Assembly (NCBI GenBank): GCA_003598175.1
Contig: QZKN01000085.1
Span: forward strand, 71,879-135,878
Source: Candidatus Omnitrophota bacterium
Lineage (GTDB): Bacteria > Hinthialibacterota > Hinthialibacteria > Hinthialibacterales > Hinthialibacteraceae
DNA: 64,000 nucleotides
Reading direction: 5' to 3'
Shown one piece after another: positions 56,479-64,000 of this stretch (the first letter of the stretch is position 1; every line of letters begins with the position of its first letter). Below the pieces are notes generated by a model. It was not told where the DNA came from. It did no database searches and worked only from the letters and a program-made list of their open reading frames with translations. The translations under genes and the position numbers were made by a program.

Positions 56479-56871
56479 GCTTCAACTCTCCACGGTTTTC
56501 TTGTTATTGAATGGAATAGAGGCCAAAACGACCGGTTTTCTTTTCTCATTTTCCTTCCGGATTACTACACATATATCCTTGATGTATTTATAATCACTTG
56601 AAAATACGTTCAAGGCTTCAACTTTTCATTACTGCTACCAGAGTAGCGGAATGAATTTAGAAATTATAGTTATACATACAAGAATTTCAATATAAACATG
56701 CTCAAATAGACATAAATTGATTCGATGGAATCTTGTATCGCACGGATTCCAGGGCATGAATGCCTGATACAAAAAAAACATTATCCATTTTGGTTTTTCC
56801 CGGATTGGTCATTCATCCAGCGAAAAATACCTGAATTTCTTCTCATGGGAACATTTTATAGCAACAAAACC

Positions 56872-56900
56872 TTGCAAGGATGAGTAGAATCCGGTATAAA
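56872..56900 (+). promoter_or_regulatory. Putative sigma70 promoter of hypothetical-lysA operon
   Basis: TTGCAA-17 nt-TATAAA. Confidence 0.5.
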
Positions 56901-56941
56901 AACAGTAAGTTTTTCAGAAAATAGGTTGCTTCAGCAAAAAC

Positions 56942-58198
56942 ATGGATCAAAACATTTGCGCGGAAATTGTTTCCAAAGTCGGTAAAGATAGTTATTCCTT
57001 TTCCAACGAGCCGGTTCGGGTAAGCGAAGAAGGATATAAATACCTGATGGAAGATATGATCCGTGAGGCCAAACGTCTTGCGGGGCTTCTCTCCATTTAT
57101 ATGGATGAAATCACGTTTGGGTATTCCATATCCCAAATCAAGTTAATTGTCGTTTATAATGCTGAAACCTGCGACGAGAATAACCTGAAGTTCGATCAGG
57201 TGTTACGCACCATCGGAACCCGCAACATCGTGGATGAGGACATCCTGTCGCTCGACCAAAAACTTCTCGAGAACATCCCTAAATTCGATTGCCTGCTGCA
57301 ACCGCAATGGGTGATGGGGAAAAAATTGAATATTCTTCATCCCAGCGCCGGTGAAATTCGCTTTTTCAACATCTCGCGAGTGCTCGATCTGCTTTGCAGC
57401 GGTTTTTTGCGCGATTTTTTCCTGTGGGAAGCGGAACGCGATATCAAGACCCGCGAAGCCTTATGGAAACTGAAACGGCTGCGGCGCTTGGTCGATCTGG
57501 CAAAGGTGATTCTCCGCAAAGAAGAAGCGCCTCGCTGGGATACGTATATGGAAACCGTCTATACCATGTGCGATCAGTGGTTTGAAATGGGAATCGAACG
57601 CTATCGCATGTTGATGTGGACCATTCGCGAAGGATTGTGCATCCTGTTCGATCTGATTTCCGAACTCGCCCTTTACTTCGATCGCGCGCGGGTCGTGAAC
57701 CTGAAAACCGATCCGAATATCTCCATCCCGCACGGATTGATCGTCACCGACCAGATTGCCACGCTCTTTATCAACGATTGGACGCCGGAAATGGCGTTGG
57801 ACAAGATGATTTGGTATCGCCAGAAAATGGGCCAATTCATTACCGTGCTTCCCGCGTCGTTTGCCCTGCAACTTTACGAATACACAAAAGGACACAACGC
57901 GTTCAGCCGCTACATCAAATCCTGCTTCACCACCGAAGGCATCAGCGGTAATATGGAACGTTCCTATATTTCTCTCGAACGGGCGAAAATTCTGAATCAC
58001 TACCTGAATTTCAAAATCAAACTTGGCATGTCTCTCGACGATGATACAATCTTCCATTGCAGCCTGCGGGACGGCTCCACACTGGCCAAAGCGGCCAACA
58101 TGATGAACGTCCAAAAAAACAAAGCCCGCTTGAAACGCATTCAACACGTTTTGCAGGGCGAAGAAGATCCGGCAAGCGGATTGGTCGAAGAAGGATAA
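56942..58198 (+). CDS. Hypothetical protein, possibly degenerate nucleotidyltransferase fold
   Basis: 418-aa ORF ending 3 nt before lysA; no intact motif. Confidence 0.7.
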   Translation: MDQNICAEIVSKVGKDSYSFSNEPVRVSEEGYKYLMEDMIREAKRLAGLLSIYMDEITFGYSISQIKLIVVYNAETCDENNLKFDQVLRTIGTRNIVDEDILSLDQKLLENIPKFDCLLQPQWVMGKKLNILHPSAGEIRFFNISRVLDLLCSGFLRDFFLWEAERDIKTREALWKLKRLRRLVDLAKVILRKEEAPRWDTYMETVYTMCDQWFEMGIERYRMLMWTIREGLCILFDLISELALYFDRARVVNLKTDPNISIPHGLIVTDQIATLFINDWTPEMALDKMIWYRQKMGQFITVLPASFALQLYEYTKGHNAFSRYIKSCFTTEGISGNMERSYISLERAKILNHYLNFKIKLGMSLDDDTIFHCSLRDGSTLAKAANMMNVQKNKARLKRIQHVLQGEEDPASGLVEEG

Positions 58199-58201
58199 TC
58201 A

Positions 58202-59473
58202 ATGATGAATAGGAAGTTTGACGCAAACTCCCGATTCTTTTCGTATCGGGACGGGCAGCTGTATGCCGAATCCGTGAATGTGGCTGAAATCGCCGAATCG
58301 TATCGCACTCCCCTTTATGTGTATTCCAAATCCGACATTCTGGACTCGTTTCAGTCCTACAAGAAAGGCTTGCAAGGAATACCGCATTTGATCGCATTTG
58401 CCGTCAAAGCGAATGGAAATCTATCCATTTTGAATACACTCGGCAAAGAAGGAGCGGGCGCCGATTTGACATCCGGCGGCGAGATGCATTTGGCGCTGCG
58501 CGGCGGCATCCCCGCGGATCGCATGGTTTTTTCCGGCGTGGGAAAAACTCGAACCGAGATTATCGACGCGCTCGACGTGGGAATCCTGATGTTCAATGTG
58601 GAATCCGAACCCGAACTGGACGCCATCGAAAGCATTGCTCGAGAAAAAGGAAAACCAGCGCCGATAGCCGTTCGCGTGAATCCCGATATCGACGCCAAAA
58701 CCCATCCGAAAATTACAACGGGATTGAAAGAACACAAATTCGGCGTCCCGATCGAGCATGCTTATCATTTATATCGGAAAGCCGTTGCTTCGCCGTATTT
58801 GAAAATTCAAGGCATTGCGTCCCACATCGGTTCGTCCTTGCAGGATACCGCCCCGCTGCTGGAAGCGATGCAGCGGTTGTTGAATCTGAAACAACGCCTC
58901 CTTGAAAACGGCATTCCCATCGCATACGTCGATCTTGGCGGCGGTCTTGGCATTCGGTACAACCGGGAAACGCCTGATTTGCCGGAAACGTATGCGAGAA
59001 AACTGGCGGAGCGGATTCGTGACGACGGCGCCACATTAATCATCGAACCGGGCAGATCCATCGTCGGCAATGCAGGGATTCTGCTTTGCCGGGTGGTTTA
59101 CGTGAAACGTTCGGCGGAACGAACATTTGTCGTGGTTGACGCGGGGATGAACGATTTGGCGCGACCGGCCATTTATGGCGCTTATCACCGCATCGTTCCC
59201 GTTCATATTACGACCGAAAAGGAAGAAATCGTGGATGTCGTCGGTCCGATTTGTGAAAGCAGCGACGTTTTCGGAAGGCAGATTCCCCTTCCTCCCTGCA
59301 AATCCGGCGATTTATTGGCCATATGTTCAGCCGGCGCTTATGGGTACGCGATGTCCTCCCACTACAACGGACGAGTGCGTCCCGCAGAAGCATTGGTCGA
59401 AGAGAACCATCATTGGCTCGTCAGAAAACGAGAAACGTATGAGGTTCTCTGGCAAAACCAAATGATGGTATGA
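58202..59473 (+). CDS. lysA: Diaminopimelate decarboxylase
   Basis: FAVKAN, RVNPDIDAKTHPKITTG, HIGS, DLGGG, EPGRSIV, GPICES, GAYG. Confidence 0.95.
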   Translation: MMNRKFDANSRFFSYRDGQLYAESVNVAEIAESYRTPLYVYSKSDILDSFQSYKKGLQGIPHLIAFAVKANGNLSILNTLGKEGAGADLTSGGEMHLALRGGIPADRMVFSGVGKTRTEIIDALDVGILMFNVESEPELDAIESIAREKGKPAPIAVRVNPDIDAKTHPKITTGLKEHKFGVPIEHAYHLYRKAVASPYLKIQGIASHIGSSLQDTAPLLEAMQRLLNLKQRLLENGIPIAYVDLGGGLGIRYNRETPDLPETYARKLAERIRDDGATLIIEPGRSIVGNAGILLCRVVYVKRSAERTFVVVDAGMNDLARPAIYGAYHRIVPVHITTEKEEIVDVVGPICESSDVFGRQIPLPPCKSGDLLAICSAGAYGYAMSSHYNGRVRPAEALVEENHHWLVRKRETYEVLWQNQMMV

Positions 59474-59490
59474 ATGGATTCCATCGGAAT

Positions 59491-60447
59491 TCAATACAAA
59501 TCCCAATTACCAATCCTGACAGGAACGGCGAATACCGCTTCGGTCCAGTTCGCGTCGTTATCTCCGTCCCCTACCCACATGACCTGCGCATCAAATCCTC
59601 CCGCGGGCAAATCCGTGTCGATGCATAAATGCGTAAGGCCGATCCTGCTTCCCGCCAGTGGATCGGGTAGTAAAAGTTCCCACCCCAGATTACTCATGTC
59701 GTCAGCAGTCAGATCGCCGAGAGCAGTCGGATTTGCCGGATCGACGCCTTCCGGATCGCTGAAGTATTTGCTTTTTTCCAACGAAGACCACGGCACTTTC
59801 ACTTCGATGGTATAATTTGTCCCATCGATGACCACGACGCTTTCCCATTGCTCGTTCACTTCACCGCGAGCAATGGTTCCATCGGGAAGAATGAAATCAT
59901 TCCAGTCCGAACGGTCTCCGTCGCGGGTTCCGACCGGCCATCTTCGCGTCGTGATGTCGGTTTGATCCTCCGTCGCGCCGATGGCGATGATCATTTCACC
60001 CGGCAGCCATTTGCTGTTGCCGGCGTAATTCTCAAAATCCACGAGATAATCGGGCCAATAGAGTATTTCCTGTTCGTCGTTGTTGGTGAAATCGAGAAAC
60101 CACTGTACGCCGTCCCGTTCCCACCAGGCATAAAAAGTCGTATTCGGATTATACGAGATATAATCGTCTTCAACGCGCGCGCCGCAATACAGCGCTTCGT
60201 TGTCATACATCATTGCAAACGTGCAAACCGCGTCGGGGGCGTTCCAGGCATAGCCGCCGGTTCTCGCCACGGTGGAGGCGCCGTACGTTACCCATTCCGC
60301 ATTGGACCAATCGCCGACATCTCCGTCGATGATGATTCCTCGCGCATAATGGATCGTATATTCCGGACCAAGTGGATTTTTGCCCAACGCCGGGCTGCTC
60401 ATCAACAAGGCAATTCCAATAACCAAAAAAAGTGACTGCGTTTTCAT
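59491..60447 (-). CDS. Secreted CBM9/DOMON-like sugar-binding protein with C-terminal NWDLY
   Basis: Signal peptide MKTQSLF...PALG; IDGDVGDW, MYDNEALYCGARVEDD, DGVQWFLD, YTIEVKVPW. Confidence 0.7.
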   Translation of the reverse strand: MKTQSLFLVIGIALLMSSPALGKNPLGPEYTIHYARGIIIDGDVGDWSNAEWVTYGASTVARTGGYAWNAPDAVCTFAMMYDNEALYCGARVEDDYISYNPNTTFYAWWERDGVQWFLDFTNNDEQEILYWPDYLVDFENYAGNSKWLPGEMIIAIGATEDQTDITTRRWPVGTRDGDRSDWNDFILPDGTIARGEVNEQWESVVVIDGTNYTIEVKVPWSSLEKSKYFSDPEGVDPANPTALGDLTADDMSNLGWELLLPDPLAGSRIGLTHLCIDTDLPAGGFDAQVMWVGDGDNDANWTEAVFAVPVRIGNWDLY

Positions 60448-60582
60448 TTTCTTTCCTCTCCTTTTTTCAGAATGTTTCTCTAATCTACTCTTCATGATTT
60501 ACAAAGTCAAATTAAATCCATCATTTTGCTCATCGGCGGTAAAAAAGAGCGATTCGACAAACAGAGATTGATTGTTTTTGAA

Positions 60583-60599
60583 TTGGCATGGTAACTGCT
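60583..60599 (+). promoter_or_regulatory. Putative sigma54 (-24/-12) promoter
   Basis: TTGGCAT-GGTAA-CTGCT with GG and GC 10 nt apart, about 45 nt upstream of the ORF at 60643 (SD GAGGAG). Confidence 0.5.
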
Positions 60600-60642
60600 C
60601 TTTATCTTCCTGCACATGAAAATGAGATGAGGAGCGGAAATT

Positions 60643-61776
60643 ATGTCCGATCAATTCATTCCCCTGCGGAATTATGTTCCCCCTACTCCACGATATCCGG
60701 TTAATCATGTCCCAAAATTTCAGGAGACCCAGGATGCCGGTGATCTCAGTTTTCAGCGAGTAATGGACCGCCAGCAGATGACTTCGGCGCAATTGAAATC
60801 CATCCCTTCCGCTTCGTTCGTTTCCACTCCGTTCGCATCCGATCCAATCGCCGTTGAACCATTGATCCCCATGCAATCCGGAACGTTGGTTATAACCGAT
60901 CCACCCCAAACTCATCAATCCACAGCTCCGATTCTGTTGGAACAGAGTGCGGAATTGATCGACAAGATGCCACAAAATGTTGCGACCGATAGCCATTTTG
61001 AGGAACAATTTTTGCAAAATCTGCACGAGTACAAAATGATGAAAAGGAAAGAAAGCAGTTCGCAGGAGAACTATACGAATTCAGGTCAAGACCTGGAAAA
61101 ACAGGAATCTCAACCGGTCAGTTGGTTCGCCGCGAAAGCCGCTCCGGTTACAATTCAGGAAAATACGGCGAATTTACAGCCTTTACAGCCGGTAGGACAA
61201 AATAATGCACCGGATACGGTGGATGCCATGCGAGAAGCCGCGCAAGAACCGGCGAAACGATACAGTTTATGGTCGCAACTTTCGGAAGCGGGACTTTCAG
61301 CGCAAACGTTGAACGAGGGCAGTATTGCCGCGAATGAATTGGCGGACGACAACAAGATTCAAATTGCACATTCTCAAAAAACAGAAGAGATTACTACAAA
61401 AAATCAATCGATTTCCAATAAAAAAGGCGTAATCGGAGCGGTCAGTTCATTTTTCGGAGACCTGGCAAGCGGTTTGACGCTTGGTTTGTATCGCCCGAAG
61501 GGAGAAGACGCGCCGGTTGGGCTCGCCAGAGTGGTTTATCCGTTCAAGAAACTCGTTTATGATGCTCCCATAAAGGATTTGGCGATTGGCGTTCCTGTCG
61601 GAATTGCCCATTCCGCAGGCTCGGTATTCAAAAAAAGGGAAAAACAAGAAGCCACGCCGCTGGAAACGGCACAAACCACCGCCACACAGGAAACGAATCG
61701 CTATAAATACCGACGAAGGTTTTCGCTCGATTATGCGTCTTTGCAGAATTCCACTTCCAACCGCAGAACCGCTTGA
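60643..61776 (+). CDS. Hypothetical protein, largely low-complexity Q/E/S/T-rich
   Basis: 377-aa ORF with SD; structured-looking C-terminal FFGDLASGLTLGLYRPKGE segment. Confidence 0.7.
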   Translation: MSDQFIPLRNYVPPTPRYPVNHVPKFQETQDAGDLSFQRVMDRQQMTSAQLKSIPSASFVSTPFASDPIAVEPLIPMQSGTLVITDPPQTHQSTAPILLEQSAELIDKMPQNVATDSHFEEQFLQNLHEYKMMKRKESSSQENYTNSGQDLEKQESQPVSWFAAKAAPVTIQENTANLQPLQPVGQNNAPDTVDAMREAAQEPAKRYSLWSQLSEAGLSAQTLNEGSIAANELADDNKIQIAHSQKTEEITTKNQSISNKKGVIGAVSSFFGDLASGLTLGLYRPKGEDAPVGLARVVYPFKKLVYDAPIKDLAIGVPVGIAHSAGSVFKKREKQEATPLETAQTTATQETNRYKYRRRFSLDYASLQNSTSNRRTA

Positions 61777-61788
61777 AAGGGCATCGTC

Positions 61789-62205
61789 ATGAAACATTTT
61801 CGAAAAGAACTGTGGTTTCAAGTTCCGACGCGGCGCGCTTTTATCAATATCACCTCTCAAATCGAGGACTGCTTGCGCGAATCCGGAATTCGAAATGGCC
61901 TGCTGCTTTGCAATGCCATGCATATTACCGCCAGCGTTTTCATCAATGACGACGAATCCGGTTTACACCATGATTATGACGTCTGGCTGGAAAAGATTGC
62001 GCCTCATGAGCCTGTCAGCCAATATCGCCACAATGTCGGAGAAGACAATGCGGACGCGCATATGAAAAGGCAGATTATGGGCCGCGAGGTCGTCGTCGCC
62101 ATAACCGACGGCAAATTGGATTTTGGGCCGTGGGAGCAGATTTTCTACGGGGAATTCGATGGTCGACGAAAAAAACGGGCTTTGGTGAAAATCATCGGAG
62201 AGTAA
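61789..62205 (+). CDS. yjbQ: YjbQ/UPF0047 family protein
   Basis: [40 protein letters not shown]. Confidence 0.95.
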   Translation: MKHFRKELWFQVPTRRAFINITSQIEDCLRESGIRNGLLLCNAMHITASVFINDDESGLHHDYDVWLEKIAPHEPVSQYRHNVGEDNADAHMKRQIMGREVVVAITDGKLDFGPWEQIFYGEFDGRRKKRALVKIIGE

Positions 62206-62428
62206 ATTGTTTTTGTGTGGATTGTATTTTCCGATCCTTGTAACCTGATTTCTGATTCTTTCTTGCCGCCTTTTAGCCCCTTGTATCTTTTTTTATGATG
62301 AAAATTCGTGTATAATATTCATGTGTTTGTGAATTCATACAATGTGAGAGGGAAAATGAGTTATCGTTTAACGACAACCATTCACATCGCTTTTGATTTG
62401 TGATATTTGTTTGGGAAGTTGACATCCA

Positions 62429-63970
62429 TTGTGTCATGTCGGGATTGGTAAATTGATTCCTCGATGCATGTTGATATTCTTTTTTGTTTCCGGTGTGAGT
62501 TTTTTGAGTCTTGCGGGTCAGGTGCATACGAACCTCAATGATCTGGGAGCCATTCGAATAACTTTTGCGGAACAAAACCATTATGGTTTGGGAACCGCCG
62601 TATCGGGAACCGGCGATTTTGACGGCGATGGTTATCGCGATGTCGCCATCGGCGCGCCCTCCTACGATCCGGGAGGATTTGGCAACGGTTATGAAAATGG
62701 CGCGGTTTTCATCGTATCGGGAAAGACGCTGGATCGCACTCGCGGGGAAGTGATTCTGTCCGCTAACGATTTTGAAGGATGTTCCATCATTGGAAAAATC
62801 CAGGCGCGTGTTGGGAATGCTCTTTCTTTTGTGGGAGACATGAACGGCGACGGCCTGGGGGATTTGGCAATCGGGACCGAAACCCATCAAGGCGGCTATA
62901 TCGTTTTCGGCCATAAAAATCCCAATCGTCTGATTTCTCTCGCGGAGGAGGCTGGCCGGCATGTCGAAATTCAAAATACCGGTTTGTCCGTATCGACCGC
63001 CGGAGATTTTAACGGAGACGGCTTTGCGGATGCGATTTTCGGAAATCCGTTTACCGAATTGATCGATGTCGGCAATCAGCAGTATCACGTCGGCAGCGTT
63101 TCCCTCTTGTTCGGCGGGATTCGATTGCCGCAATTGCTCGATTCCTTGATCCCCACCGAATATTTGAAAACAATTCCCGGCCCGGCCGGCGCGTTGATGG
63201 GAAATGATATCGCCGGCGGTCACGACATCAACTGCGACGGGTTTTCCGATATTTTCATCGTTGCGCCGAAAGGCGGTCATCAACAGCGCGGACGTACCGT
63301 TCTGATTTATGGCAGCGAGACGTTGGGCGAATCCGTTGAATATACATTTATTATCGATCAGGCGCGGCGTTTCGTCCGATCGATTCAGGATACGAACGGA
63401 GATGGTTATCCCGACATCCTCGTTGGCGGAGAAGGCGGCGAAAATGGTACGGTCTATCTGATTTGGGGTGGAACGCATTTGAAAGGAACGCTCAAATTGG
63501 AAGAAGATTTCAATGCGAGTTGGGGCGTCAAACTCATCGGCGCACAATATGCGTATGGGGTGGGAGATTTGAATGGCGACGGTTTCGGCGATATCGCCGT
63601 CGGCATCCCGCGCGAACCCATCCGCGATAAATTCCTCACGGGACGAGTCGTTTTCCTGTTCGGCCGGCCGCAATGGCCGGAAACGATCGACATTCGCGGT
63701 CTATGCGAAGGAAAATTTTCCGTCATGGATTATGTTATCGTGGACGGATTGGATGCGCTTGGCGTATTCGGATCGTCGATTGCGGCGGTTGGAGACATTC
63801 AGGGCGATGGCTTCGACGATGTCATCATCGGCGCTCCGACCGTACTGGTTCCCGGCGAGACGGCGGGAGAAAGCCCCGGCTCCGCCTACATTATACAAGG
63901 CCAGAATCTATTCCTCAGCCTGCAAAGCTATCAAAGCAATTTTTACTCGCAAAAAGATTCCTCTCGTTGA
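62429..63970 (+). CDS. Secreted FG-GAP/integrin-alpha repeat beta-propeller protein (true start uncertain)
   Basis: About seven GD[F/M/I/L]xGDGxxD repeats with GAP; N-terminal hydrophobic signal. Confidence 0.85.
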   Translation: MCHVGIGKLIPRCMLIFFFVSGVSFLSLAGQVHTNLNDLGAIRITFAEQNHYGLGTAVSGTGDFDGDGYRDVAIGAPSYDPGGFGNGYENGAVFIVSGKTLDRTRGEVILSANDFEGCSIIGKIQARVGNALSFVGDMNGDGLGDLAIGTETHQGGYIVFGHKNPNRLISLAEEAGRHVEIQNTGLSVSTAGDFNGDGFADAIFGNPFTELIDVGNQQYHVGSVSLLFGGIRLPQLLDSLIPTEYLKTIPGPAGALMGNDIAGGHDINCDGFSDIFIVAPKGGHQQRGRTVLIYGSETLGESVEYTFIIDQARRFVRSIQDTNGDGYPDILVGGEGGENGTVYLIWGGTHLKGTLKLEEDFNASWGVKLIGAQYAYGVGDLNGDGFGDIAVGIPREPIRDKFLTGRVVFLFGRPQWPETIDIRGLCEGKFSVMDYVIVDGLDALGVFGSSIAAVGDIQGDGFDDVIIGAPTVLVPGETAGESPGSAYIIQGQNLFLSLQSYQSNFYSQKDSSR

Positions 63971-64000
63971 CGTTGAAGATATTTTTCCTATCGACAATCC

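Noticed and set aside
62273-63673. 466-aa minus-strand ORF
   Set aside because: Antisense shadow of the FG-GAP repeat gene.
1-64000. CRISPR arrays, tRNA, rRNA, riboswitches
   Set aside because: No regularly spaced repeats or recognisable RNA signatures seen by eye. An Infernal/tRNAscan run would be needed to exclude them formally.

Overview
Bacterial chromosomal window with no rRNA, tRNA, CRISPR array or intact transposase that I could see. It is dominated by one co-oriented surface-glycan locus of about 39.5 kb (6145-45617, + strand). The locus is headed by a winged-HTH regulator whose leader has a sigma70 promoter, a palindromic operator and an ops-like 12-mer. It encodes two nonulosonic-acid modules: a NeuB/KdsC/NeuA/Gfo/SDR module, and a PseB/PseC/PseG pseudaminic-type module with an SpsF-class III aminotransferase fusion. 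It also encodes a GT-C transferase, an ABC flippase, many tailoring enzymes (PIG-L x2, AsnB-like x2, FemAB-like, GNATs, ATP-grasp, pyruvyltransferase) and a WbpB/WbpD-WbpE-like set. A three-gene cassette in the locus (signal-peptide micro-protein with a YIDPGTGS motif + kinase-like/methyltransferase fusion + membrane sulfatase-fold transferase) is my best candidate for an undescribed system. Toxin-antitoxin modules and their remnants sit inside the locus (MNT pseudogene, hicBA, pseG stub, MNT-HEPN) and cluster downstream (brnTA, orphan hicB, MNT remnant, REP-like hairpin, higBA, DUF4258/YgiT remnant). Flanking genes include a LysM amidase, radical SAM protein, DUF2339, cheY, GH127, glgP, lysA, yjbQ, a CBM9-like secreted protein and an FG-GAP protein. 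All family calls come from motif recognition by eye, not database searches.
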